From assembly GCA_963769025.1 (NCBI GenBank), contig CAVYKI010000002.1:224001-288000 (forward strand): a stretch of DNA of 64,000 nt. Reading direction: 5' to 3'. Numbering within the stretch: the stretch's first letter is position 1; each line of letters opens with the position of its first letter. Positions 41,816-51,040 of the stretch are shown here, piece by piece. A program made the position numbers and the translations under genes. Source of the stretch: an uncultured Verrucomicrobiae bacterium. Its GTDB lineage: Bacteria; Verrucomicrobiota; Verrucomicrobiia; Chthoniobacterales; Chthoniobacteraceae. A model generated the notes under the pieces. The model saw only the letters and a list, made by a program, of their open reading frames with translations, did no database searches and was not told the DNA's origin.

Positions 41816-42019
41816 CTGGGTGATTTTTCGGCGGATGCCACGACGGCGGACGCGTCAACGCGGCGGCTAATGCCGGCTGTTCTTCCATGGTCCGGGCATC
41901 GCGAGGGTGCGCCCGGTCGGAAGGCAGTGCCGCCGCCAGACCAAAAGCCTTGACGCCCTTCGCCTGAGGCGGCTTCACTCCGCGCGGTCAATCCCCCGGC
42001 AGCACCCGCTTTTTCCCAC

Positions 42020-43150
42020 ATGTCCAAAAAAGATCGCATCAACGTCGCCATCGTCGGCCTCGGATTCGGCGCCGAGTTCATCCCGCTCTACCAGCGGCAT
42101 CCGAATGCGAACATGTATGCCATCTGCCAGCGCGACCCGAAGAAGCTGAATGCGGTGGGCGATGCGTTCGGGATCGCGGTGCGCTACACGGATTTCAAGG
42201 AGCTGCTGAAGGATCCGAAGGTGGACGCGGTGCATATCAATTCGCCGATCCCGGACCACGGCTGGATGAGCGTCGCCGCGCTGAAGGCGGGCAAGCACGT
42301 GAGCTGCACGGTGCCGATGGCGACGAGCATCGCGGACTGCAAGAAGATCGTGGACCTCGTGAAGCAGACCGGCCTGAAGTACACGATGGCCGAGACGGTG
42401 GTGTACGCGCGGGAGTATCTTTTCATGAAGGAGCTGCTCGACAGCGGGAAGCTCGGGAAGCTGCAGTTCGTGCAGGCGAGCCATCAGCAGGACATGGACG
42501 GGTGGCCGAATTATTGGCCCGGCCTTCCGCCGATGTGGTACGCGACGCATTGCGTGGGCCCGGTGTCGGGACTCGTCGGCGCCCCGGCGGAATATGTGTC
42601 GTGCTTCGGCAGCGGGACGATCCGCAAGGAACTTGTGAAGAACTACGGTTCGCCGTTTGCCGTCGAGACGGCGCACATCAAATACAAGGGCACCGACGTG
42701 AGCGCGCGGATCATCCGCAGCCTGTTCGACACGGCGCGGCAGTATCGCGAGAGCATTGACGTTTACGGCAGCAAGGCGTCCGTCGAGTGGCCGCTCATCG
42801 AGCACCAGCCGCTCGTGCTGCACACGGCGAAGCTGCCCGAGCCGAAGATCCCGACGCTCATCAAGACGCCCGACTTTGCGAAGCGTCTGCCGAAGGCGCT
42901 GCAGCCTTTCACCACCGGCGGCGTGTATGGCGGCAAGGGCAAGAAGGGCCACCGCTCTTTCACCCAAGGCGCAGGGCATGGCGGCTCGCATCCGCACCTC
43001 GCGAATGAATTCGTGATGTCGCTCGTCGAGAACCGCGACCCGTTTCCCAATGCGAAGCAGTCCGCAAACTGGACCTGCGTCGGCCTCTGCGCCCACGAGA
43101 GCGCGCTCAAGGGCGGCGCGATCGTGAAGCTCCCGAAGTGGACGCTCTGA
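42020..43150 (+). CDS. Gfo/Idh/MocA oxidoreductase (PVC subfamily)
   Basis: VAIVGLGFG Rossmann motif; [10 protein letters not shown] in place of [21 protein letters not shown]. Confidence 0.88.
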   Translation: MSKKDRINVAIVGLGFGAEFIPLYQRHPNANMYAICQRDPKKLNAVGDAFGIAVRYTDFKELLKDPKVDAVHINSPIPDHGWMSVAALKAGKHVSCTVPMATSIADCKKIVDLVKQTGLKYTMAETVVYAREYLFMKELLDSGKLGKLQFVQASHQQDMDGWPNYWPGLPPMWYATHCVGPVSGLVGAPAEYVSCFGSGTIRKELVKNYGSPFAVETAHIKYKGTDVSARIIRSLFDTARQYRESIDVYGSKASVEWPLIEHQPLVLHTAKLPEPKIPTLIKTPDFAKRLPKALQPFTTGGVYGGKGKKGHRSFTQGAGHGGSHPHLANEFVMSLVENRDPFPNAKQSANWTCVGLCAHESALKGGAIVKLPKWTL

Positions 43151-43190
43151 TTTTCCCCGAACAACCACCACACCCACTCCTCACCACATC

Positions 43191-45170
43191 ATGTCAGCAA
43201 AAACTGAAGGCATCGCACCCAACGCCAGCCGGCTCCTCTGGGCCGGATTCATGGCCATCCTCGCCGCCGGCGTCGGCTTCGCCATCCGCGGCGGCATTTT
43301 CGACAACTGGGGAGGCGAGTTCGGCTTCACCGGCGCGCAACTCGGCGCCATCGGCGGCGCCGGCTTCTCCGGCTTCTGCTTCGGCATCATCATCGGCGGC
43401 GTCGATCGTGCGACAAGATCGGCTACGGCAAGCTGGTCATCGTCGCCTTCGCCCTGCCATCTGCTCTCGGCATTCGTCACCTTTGGCGCCACGCACACCG
43501 GCGAACGCCTACAGCTTCCTTTTCTGGGGCATGTTCATCTTCGCGTTCGCCAACGGCACGCTCGAAGCCGTCGCCAATCCGCTCGTCGCCACGCTCTATC
43601 CGAACAATCGCACGCACTACCTGAACATCCTGCACGCGAGCTGGCCCGCGGGCATGATCATCGGCGTCGTGCTCGGCTGGTTCCTCGACGACAAACTGCA
43701 GCTCAACTGGAAGCTCCAGCTCGCGCTCTACCTCGTGCCCACGGTGCTCTACGGCCTCATGTTCATGGGGCAGAAGTTCCCGAAGTCCGAGGCAGCCGGA
43801 AAAGGGCGCCAGCTTTGGGCAGATGTTCAAGGACGTCGGCATCCTCGGCGCCGCTCGTGGTCTGCTTCCTCCTCTCGCAGTTCTTCGCGGGCATCCTCAA
43901 GCTCTGGCCGACCGGCAACGCCGACCTGATCGGCTACGCCATCGGCGGCGTGCTTGCTGATCGTGCGTCGGGCGTCATCACGAAGTTCTCCCTCGGTTCG
44001 GTCCTGCTCTTCGTCCTCTTCGTCACGCACGCGCTGGTCGGTGCGGTGGAACTCGGCACGGACGGCTGGATTCAGAACATCACCGGCAACCTCTTCACCT
44101 CCGAGCAGGGCAAGTCTCTCTTCCTCTGGACCTCCGCGATCATGTTCAGCCTGCGTTTCTGCGCGCACTTCATCGAGAAGACGCTGAAAATCTCGCCGGT
44201 CGGACTGCTCCTGCTGTGCTCCGTGCTCGCGTTCGTCGGCCTGCAGCTCGCCAGCGGGATGAACACCTTCGCCATGGCGCTCGTCGCGCTCGGCATCTAC
44301 GCCGTCGGCAAGACGTTCTTCTGGCCCACCATGCTCGCCGTCGTCGTCGGACCGCTATCCCGCGCACCGGCGCGGTGGCCATGTCGCATCATGGGCGGCA
44401 TCGGCATGCTCTCCGCCGGCCTCATCGGCGGCCCCGGTCTCGGCTACGCGAAGGACCGTTTCGCCGGCGAAAACCTCAAGGAAATCAACGAAGCCGCCTA
44501 CGCGGAATACAAGGCCGAGCAGCCCAGCAAATTCCTGAACATGGAAGCCTCGGCGGCCTACGGTCTCGATGGCAAGAAGCTCGGCGAAGTGCAGTCCACC
44601 CTGCTCACCGCGCGCAAACTGCTGCCCAAGGGCGGGCCGGACACCGAGAACGAGAAGCTCTCCGAAAGCACGAAGAAGGCGGAGGCGGAAATCAAGGCCC
44701 TCGGCGAAAAGGCGCAGAAAATCGCGGCTGACGAAAAGGCCATCGAGACGGAACTGGCGGGCCTGACCGCCAAGGGCGTCCAGGAATGGGATCGCGAATA
44801 CGAAGCCGTCGCGGAACGCGGCATCGCGCTGAACCTGCAGGAGAAGAAGCTCGATGCGGACCGGAAGAAGCTCGAAGAGCAGATCGCGGCGAACGTGAAG
44901 CAGAAGGAACTGCTCCGCACGCTCGAGTCCAAGCTCTCGAAAGCCGGGGTCCTCAAGCCCGAAGGCAATCCGAACCTCGGCGCGGCGCTCGCCGCCCTCA
45001 CTCCCGAGGAGCGCGCCGTCCACAAGGCGAGCATCACGGGCGACCGCAAGACGCTCAAGGCCGACTCCTACATCCCCGCGACCATGGCGCTGATCTACCT
45101 GCTGATTCTCCTGTATTTCAAGAGCATCGGCGGATACCGGGCCGTCCACGTGGACGAACAAAAGGCGTAA
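43191..45170 (+). CDS. MFS transporter with a large coiled-coil loop insertion, disrupted by multiple frameshifts (probable sequencing errors)
   Basis: [39 protein letters not shown] and [10 protein letters not shown] occur in shifting frames. Confidence 0.8.
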   Translation: MSAKTEGIAPNASRLLWAGFMAILAAGVGFAIRGGIFDNWGGEFGFTGAQLGAIGGAGFSGFCFGIIIGGVDRATRSATASWSSSPSPCHLLSAFVTFGATHTGERLQLPFLGHVHLRVRQRHARSRRQSARRHALSEQSHALPEHPARELARGHDHRRRARLVPRRQTAAQLEAPARALPRAHGALRPHVHGAEVPEVRGSRKRAPALGRCSRTSASSAPLVVCFLLSQFFAGILKLWPTGNADLIGYAIGGVLADRASGVITKFSLGSVLLFVLFVTHALVGAVELGTDGWIQNITGNLFTSEQGKSLFLWTSAIMFSLRFCAHFIEKTLKISPVGLLLLCSVLAFVGLQLASGMNTFAMALVALGIYAVGKTFFWPTMLAVVVGPLSRAPARWPCRIMGGIGMLSAGLIGGPGLGYAKDRFAGENLKEINEAAYAEYKAEQPSKFLNMEASAAYGLDGKKLGEVQSTLLTARKLLPKGGPDTENEKLSESTKKAEAEIKALGEKAQKIAADEKAIETELAGLTAKGVQEWDREYEAVAERGIALNLQEKKLDADRKKLEEQIAANVKQKELLRTLESKLSKAGVLKPEGNPNLGAALAALTPEERAVHKASITGDRKTLKADSYIPATMALIYLLILLYFKSIGGYRAVHVDEQKA

Positions 45171-45192
45171 CGCAGCGCCGGCAATTCCAGCG

Positions 45193-45229
45193 ACGGGGCA
45201 CGGTGAAAGCCGTGCCCCGTTTTGCTTTT
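45193..45229 (+). terminator. Rho-independent terminator after the MFS gene
   Basis: ACGGGGCACGG-TGAAAG-CCGTGCCCCGT followed by TTTGCTTTT. Confidence 0.85.
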
Positions 45230-45250
45230 CGCGTGGGAAGTGCTGCAGAA

Positions 45251-45284
45251 AACCTTCGCGCCCCTCGCGCCCTTCGTGGTTCAA
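45251..45284. repeat. Solo arm of a 9-mer-periodic repeat
   Basis: CCTTCGCGC CCCTCGCGC CCTTCGTGG TTCAA. Confidence 0.5.
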
Positions 45285-45296
45285 CATCCACCGCAC

Positions 45297-46295
45297 ATGC
45301 CCACGAAACTCCGCGCCTGGCTGCAACTCTTCCGCGTCCCCAACCTATTCACGGTCCCGGGCGACCCGCTCGCGGGCTTTCTCATCGCCACTGGCGGCCG
45401 TCTCGATTCGCGCGTGGTGCTCGCCATCCTTGCGAGCCTCTTCCTCTACGCCGCTGGCTTGGCGATGAACGACCTCGCGGATTTCAAGGAAGACCAGCGC
45501 GAGCGGCCGAAGCGTCCGCTGCCAAGCGGTGCCATCCCGCGCGCCGCCGCTTGGCTCGTCACCGGCAATCTCGTCATCTTCGGCCTTGGCATGTGTTTCA
45601 TGGCCGGGCCCGCGGTGGTGCTCATGGGCCTCGGGACGCTTCTCGGCGTGGTGCTCTACAATTTCCTCACCAAAAGAATCCCCGTCGTCGGCGCGCTGAA
45701 CATGGGCGTCTGCCGCGGGTTCAGCCTGCTCATTGGCGCTGCCGCGGGCCTCGCGCCCGATCCGACGCTGCTTGAGGGCGCGTCGCAGCTCGCACCTTTC
45801 CAGCCCGTGCTCGCCGCGATGCTCGCCGGACTCGCACCGATGAGCGGTCAGCGGTTCTTCGTCTTTGCGATCGGCGCAGCGCTGATCATTTCGATCTACA
45901 TCGCCGCGGTCACGAACCTCGCGCGCTTCGAGACGCGCCGCGATTACCCACGGCTTCCTCGCATCCTGCCGCTGGGTGCGCTGCTTCTTGGTTTCGTCGT
46001 GCTGAAACAGGCGACCGATACCCTGCTGCGCGATTCATCACCCGCGCTCTGGCTCGTCGCGATCATCCTTTGCGCGATGAACACCGCCGAGATCATGCGC
46101 GACCCTCCCGCGCCGCTGCCGCCGCGCATCGGCGCGTTCATCCGCATCATGCCGGTCCTGCAGGCCGCGCTGTGCATTTTGCCCAGCGTGCCGACGGGAT
46201 TTCGCAAGACGCCGGAAAGTCTCATCGCTGCGCTCGTGCTGCTCGCGTGTGTGCCGATCCACGGCTGGCTGGGGAAAAAGTTCTACTCGAGTTGA
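45297..46295 (+). CDS. UbiA-family prenyltransferase (EboC-like)
   Basis: [44 protein letters not shown]. Confidence 0.85.
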   Translation: MPTKLRAWLQLFRVPNLFTVPGDPLAGFLIATGGRLDSRVVLAILASLFLYAAGLAMNDLADFKEDQRERPKRPLPSGAIPRAAAWLVTGNLVIFGLGMCFMAGPAVVLMGLGTLLGVVLYNFLTKRIPVVGALNMGVCRGFSLLIGAAAGLAPDPTLLEGASQLAPFQPVLAAMLAGLAPMSGQRFFVFAIGAALIISIYIAAVTNLARFETRRDYPRLPRILPLGALLLGFVVLKQATDTLLRDSSPALWLVAIILCAMNTAEIMRDPPAPLPPRIGAFIRIMPVLQAALCILPSVPTGFRKTPESLIAALVLLACVPIHGWLGKKFYSS

Positions 46296-46351
46296 GGCCG
46301 CTCCGAACTGCGCGCTTGCCTCGCGTCGCACGTTCGGGATTCGCTCTGCCC

Positions 46352-47290
46352 ATGAAACACCGCCCCTCCAGCATCTCCGCCGATTGGTGGGATTACACCT
46401 GCCTGCCAAAGGATCTCGTGGATGACGTCGCAAGGCTCACGCCGCGCGACATCGAGAAGCTCAGCCGCCCCGGTTTCCGCGTCGTGATGTACGACACGCT
46501 CGAAGATTTCTACCTCGCCGAGGCGCTCGAATACATCGACGCGTGGCGGCAGAGCACGGACGACAATCCGGTCGGCATCTGCGGCCCCATCGGCCCCACG
46601 GAGCAGCTCCCGCTCGTCGCGCGGCTCGTGAACGAACTCGAGATCCCGGTGCGCAGCGGACACTTTTGGGGAATGGACGAATGGTTCGATCCGGCGACGG
46701 GCAAGGAGGTGCCGGTGACGCACCCGCTTTCATTCGAGAAGGCGGATCGCGAGATGTGCTTCAACCGCATCGCGAAAAACCTCCGCATCCCGGACGCGCA
46801 TCTCCATTTCCCGAAGGCTGACACGCGCGCCTACCGCGCGAGCTGGGATGCCGGCGTGAGCTGCGCGGTGATGCAGGGCGGGCAGGGGGACGTGAAGCAC
46901 TGGGCGTTCAACGATCCGCTGCCGCGTCGCGGGAAGTACAAGGCCGCCCCGCCGACGCCCGCGGAGTATCGCAAGCTCACGACGCGGATGGTCGAGCTGC
47001 ACCCGCTCACCATCGCGCAGAACGCGCGCACCAGCGGCGGCGGCAACATTTCGATGATCCCCACGCAGGCGATCACGGTCGGGCCGTTCGAGACGTGGAA
47101 GGCGGAGAAGGTCTCCATCTGGCAGGCGGGCTGCCACGACAATCCCTTCGGCCAGCGGCTCACGGCGTTCATGATTTCCAAGCGCATCGCCGACGCCTGC
47201 GTGCCGATGTCGCTCCTCGCGGATCACCCGAACGTGCAGTTCAATTACTACCGCGGAGGCATCGGCTCGTGCGCGGTGGAGATGCACTGA
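46352..47290 (+). CDS. Glucosamine-6-phosphate isomerase/deaminase (NagB)-like protein
   Basis: [34 protein letters not shown]; NagB/6PGL-fold pattern. Confidence 0.75.
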   Translation: MKHRPSSISADWWDYTCLPKDLVDDVARLTPRDIEKLSRPGFRVVMYDTLEDFYLAEALEYIDAWRQSTDDNPVGICGPIGPTEQLPLVARLVNELEIPVRSGHFWGMDEWFDPATGKEVPVTHPLSFEKADREMCFNRIAKNLRIPDAHLHFPKADTRAYRASWDAGVSCAVMQGGQGDVKHWAFNDPLPRRGKYKAAPPTPAEYRKLTTRMVELHPLTIAQNARTSGGGNISMIPTQAITVGPFETWKAEKVSIWQAGCHDNPFGQRLTAFMISKRIADACVPMSLLADHPNVQFNYYRGGIGSCAVEMH

Positions 47291-47302
47291 GCGGCGCGGC
47301 GG

Positions 47303-48052
47303 CTACGGCTTTATGTGCGACACGCGCAGTTGCGAAATCAGCACTGTGCCTGCCGACTGGCCGCGGTCGCCCTTGGAGGGATTGGACTGCGTGTAGCACC
47401 CGGCCTTGAAATAGCAGCCTTCTGCGCGTGTCTCCCACGTCATCGCGAGCCGGTCGTCGCACCAAACGCGGATGCTGCCGCCGCCTGCTTCGACCTTCAG
47501 CCTTACGGGGTCACCTGGCCGGTAGTTTTCCTTGAGCAACACATTCCCGGTCTTGTTGCGCTCGACAAACATCCGCCGCCCTTCCACCCGGATCATCATC
47601 ACATCATCGTTCGCATCGTGGATCTGTGCGCACACCACGTGCGGCTTTTTTTCCGGCAACTGGAGCACGGCCAGCGTCACTTCCATGCGGTGGATGATTC
47701 CGTCATCCGTCGCCCAGGAAGCCCCTTTCTTCGCATCCCGCATTTCGCGGAGTTCCGATCTCGGGTAACGCGAGCCCTTCGTCGTCGCGCCGTCCGCAGG
47801 TGCACGGAAGACGACCCCCGCGCCATCGGCAGCGATGTGAAAAAATGCGGCATCGGTGAAGGTCGCGAGTCCGGGCTGAGTGATCTCCCGCGCGTGCTTC
47901 GAGCCTTGCCCGGCGACCGGAAGGGTCAGTTTCCAAAGACTCAGATCGAGGACTTTTGACGGAAGCTTTGCCGGTGGTGCCGGAGGCGGTTCCTTCGCGA
48001 CAGCGGTCGTGGTGCAGAGCGTGACGGACAGGACGAAAAGCGAAAAGCGCAT
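47303..48052 (-). CDS. Polysaccharide lyase family 7 (alginate lyase 2-type), secreted
   Basis: WKLTLP, YPRSELRE, QIH, YFKAGCYTQ and a signal peptide. Confidence 0.9.
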   Translation of the reverse strand: MRFSLFVLSVTLCTTTAVAKEPPPAPPAKLPSKVLDLSLWKLTLPVAGQGSKHAREITQPGLATFTDAAFFHIAADGAGVVFRAPADGATTKGSRYPRSELREMRDAKKGASWATDDGIIHRMEVTLAVLQLPEKKPHVVCAQIHDANDDVMMIRVEGRRMFVERNKTGNVLLKENYRPGDPVRLKVEAGGGSIRVWCDDRLAMTWETRAEGCYFKAGCYTQSNPSKGDRGQSAGTVLISQLRVSHIKP

Positions 48053-48079
48053 GGTGAAAATCGGACTGCGGGCGAAGCG

Positions 48080-50971
48080 TCAATCGACAAACAGAAACTC
48101 GTTCGTCTCGAGCAGCACCTGTGCGAAGCGCTCCCAGGGCGTGAAGGGCTGGAGCTTTGGTGCCGGGCCGCCGAACTGCTTCTTCGAGTTGAATTCCATG
48201 CCGTCTGTCGTGCGCAGGACGGTGCGCCACAGGAAGCCGTCGCTGTTGTCCTCGCCCTTGCTTTCCAGGACGAAGTCGAGCGTCTCGCCGACCTTGAGTT
48301 CGATGCGTGGGATGCGGCTGGGGATGGTGCTCTTCGGGCCGGCGTCGAATTCGCCGAGCTGGCCCTGCCGGTCGCTGACGACCCGGCCGCGGACTCCGTT
48401 GCCGGCCGCAGCCGGACGGGCGAGTTCGCCGGAAAGTTCCACCGTCATGTCGCGCGCCGCCGTGAAGCGCCGGATCGCCGCGAGGTCGCGCGACGGATGG
48501 CCGCCTTCCGAGGTGAGGTGGACGTAGCCAAACTTTGCGTCTGGCACCTTCGCGCCGGCCTGCCATGCGGTGCCGCTCCAGTGCGGCAGCGGGGTGAAGG
48601 CGACCTTGCGCGTCGTGTCGTCGTAGTTCCCGTAGCCGTAGCGCCACGTCGGCGCGGGCGCGGGTTGCACGGGCGCGGTCAGCGCGGCTTTCACGTAGTC
48701 GATTGCTGTCCGCACCTCCGAGGGCGTCGCTTTTCGTGAGAGGACGCGCTCGTAGAGGAACTGCACCTGCCGCTCCTCGGGAGCGGTGGATGCAAAGTCG
48801 GGCGCGTCGGTGAGTGCCTCGGCCTGGGCGATGACGAAGGGGCTGTTCATCATGTAGAGGGCCTGTTGCGGGACGCTCGTCGTGGAGCGCTGCGGATTCG
48901 TCATGTCGGGGCTCGCGAAGTCGAAGGTGCGCAGCGTGCCGGGGAGGTTTTGCCGGTCGATGTATGCATAGACCGCGCGGCGGTTCGGGAAGGGCTCCTT
49001 GAAAAGCTGCACCGGTCGGCCGCCGATGGTTTCATCGAGCTTGCCCGCGGCGGCGAGCAGCGCGTCGTGCATCGCCTCCCATTCGAGGCGCTGGCGGTTC
49101 TGCCGCCAGAGCAGGCGGTTCTCCGGGTCAGCCGCCTGCGGGCCTTTTGCCGCCTGCCGTGGATCCGCGGAGGCGAGCTGCGAGGGATGGACGGAGTCCT
49201 GCATCCACGTGCTGCTGAGCAAAATCGTGCGGTGCAGCCTTTTCAGCGACCAACCCTGTCCGGTGAAAGTGGTCGCGAGCCAGTCGAGCAATTCGCCATG
49301 CACGGGAGCCTCGCTGCGCGTGCCGAAGTCGCCCGGCGTCGGTGTGAAGCCGGTGCCGAAGTGGTGCAGCCACACGCGATTGGTGATGACGCGCGCGGTG
49401 AGCGGATTCGTGGGCGCGGTGATGGCCTTCGCGAGATCGAGACGCCCGCTGCCCTGCTTGAAGGGCGCGGCGTCGCCGCCGAGGAACGACGGGAACCTGC
49501 GCGGGACGACGTCGCCCGGGCGCGAGGGATTGCCGCGGAGGAAGACCCGCTGCGTCACCGGCTGCGGCCGGTCGCGGAGCACGTGTGCGCGCGGTGGCGA
49601 GCCGGGATCGAGCGCTAGCTTTACGAGCTTGTTCTTCACCTTGATCCGCTCGTCGAGAAGCTTGCGTGCGATGCGTCCTTTCGAGGCGATGGGGTCAATC
49701 GTGTCGGCAGAAACAAAGATCGAAATGCCGGACGCGATGCGGAGCGAGGCGCTCAGCTTGTCGGCGATTTTCTGATCGGCGTCGCGCAACTCTGCGAGCA
49801 CAACGGCGCGCGCCTTTTCAAAGGCAGGCTCCGCCTTTCCACCGGGGAGCAGCGGGAGCTTCTCGGTGTCGGAGTCCTCCTCGCAGGATGCCATCACGCC
49901 GTAGAGCGCGTAGTAATCCTTCGCCGAGATGGGATCGTATTTGTGGTCGTGGCAGCGCGCGCAACTGACGGTGAGAGACATGGTGCCGCGCATGATGACG
50001 TCGATCCGGTCGTCGATGATGTCGGGCGTGCTGTTCAGGAAGCGCCGGCCGAGGGTGAGGAAGCCGAGCGCTGCGATATCTTCGGCTTTGCCGCCGGAGC
50101 CGGGGACGTCCGCGGCGAGCTGGCGCGTGAGGAACTGGTCGTAAGGCAGATCCTCGTTCAGCGAGCGGATGACCCAGTCGCGGTACGTCCATGCGAACGG
50201 ATACTCGCGGCTCACCCCGCCCGCGAGGTAGCCGCGATGGTCGGCGTAGCGCGCGACATCCAGCCAATGCCGGCCCCAACGCTCTCCGTATCGTGGTGAG
50301 GCAAGCAGACGATCCACGACCTTCGCGAAGGCCTCGCGCAGCGGGGCGGGATCCTTTTCAAAATCGGCAACTGCGGCCATCGTGGGCGGCAGGCCCGTGA
50401 GGTCGAAGGTCGCGCGGCGGATGAGCGTGTAGCGCGATGCGATGGGCGAGGGAGCCAGCCCCGCCGCTTCGAGTTTGGCCAGGACGAACCGATCCACGTC
50501 GCTCTGCGCCCAGTGCGCGGGATCCTTGACCACCGGCACGGCCGGTTTGCGGATCGGCTGGAATGCCCAGTGCGTGCGCGCCAGTTCCGCATTGGAAGGC
50601 GGTGCGTTCTTGTCGTTCTCGGGCCACGGGACACCCATCTTCACCCACTCGGTCAGCGCGGCGATCTTTTCGTCGGAAAGCTTCGGCGCCTTTTCCGGCA
50701 TCATGTAGTCCGACTCGTGGCGGATGCTCTTGATGAACGTGCCCTTCGCCGGTTCGCCTGGGAAAACGACGGGTCCGCTGTCGTTCCCCTTCAGCAGCGC
50801 CTCGCGCGAATCGAGCCGCAGATCGCCCTTCTGCTTTTCCGCGCCGTGGCATTTGTAGCAGTGCTCGATGAGCACGGGCCGCACGGATTTCTCGAAAAAC
50901 TCGACCTGCTCGGGCGTGGGTGCGGCGGCAGCCGTGGAGGCAAGGATGAAGGTGGCGAAAATGCGTCGCAT
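48080..50971 (-). CDS. PSD1 / planctomycete cytochrome c protein (DUF1549 + DUF1553)
   Basis: FFEKSVRPVL..CYKCH, HWAF, LTGLPP, YGERWGRHWLDVARY, CARCHDHKYDP, NPLTARV..NRVW, PQQAL, NEFLFVD. Confidence 0.92.
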   Translation of the reverse strand: MRRIFATFILASTAAAAPTPEQVEFFEKSVRPVLIEHCYKCHGAEKQKGDLRLDSREALLKGNDSGPVVFPGEPAKGTFIKSIRHESDYMMPEKAPKLSDEKIAALTEWVKMGVPWPENDKNAPPSNAELARTHWAFQPIRKPAVPVVKDPAHWAQSDVDRFVLAKLEAAGLAPSPIASRYTLIRRATFDLTGLPPTMAAVADFEKDPAPLREAFAKVVDRLLASPRYGERWGRHWLDVARYADHRGYLAGGVSREYPFAWTYRDWVIRSLNEDLPYDQFLTRQLAADVPGSGGKAEDIAALGFLTLGRRFLNSTPDIIDDRIDVIMRGTMSLTVSCARCHDHKYDPISAKDYYALYGVMASCEEDSDTEKLPLLPGGKAEPAFEKARAVVLAELRDADQKIADKLSASLRIASGISIFVSADTIDPIASKGRIARKLLDERIKVKNKLVKLALDPGSPPRAHVLRDRPQPVTQRVFLRGNPSRPGDVVPRRFPSFLGGDAAPFKQGSGRLDLAKAITAPTNPLTARVITNRVWLHHFGTGFTPTPGDFGTRSEAPVHGELLDWLATTFTGQGWSLKRLHRTILLSSTWMQDSVHPSQLASADPRQAAKGPQAADPENRLLWRQNRQRLEWEAMHDALLAAAGKLDETIGGRPVQLFKEPFPNRRAVYAYIDRQNLPGTLRTFDFASPDMTNPQRSTTSVPQQALYMMNSPFVIAQAEALTDAPDFASTAPEERQVQFLYERVLSRKATPSEVRTAIDYVKAALTAPVQPAPAPTWRYGYGNYDDTTRKVAFTPLPHWSGTAWQAGAKVPDAKFGYVHLTSEGGHPSRDLAAIRRFTAARDMTVELSGELARPAAAGNGVRGRVVSDRQGQLGEFDAGPKSTIPSRIPRIELKVGETLDFVLESKGEDNSDGFLWRTVLRTTDGMEFNSKKQFGGPAPKLQPFTPWERFAQVLLETNEFLFVD

Positions 50972-51040
50972 GTACGGCAACGGTAACCGCAGGAACCTGC
51001 ATGTCCTTAATGAAAATCGCGCCCGCCGGACGTGACCCGC

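Noticed and set aside
41905..41935. GGTCGGAAGGCAG resembling the SRP (4.5S) RNA domain IV
   Set aside because: It lacks the conserved CAGG...GGAA...AGCAG arrangement; GGAA is in a stem arm rather than the apical loop.
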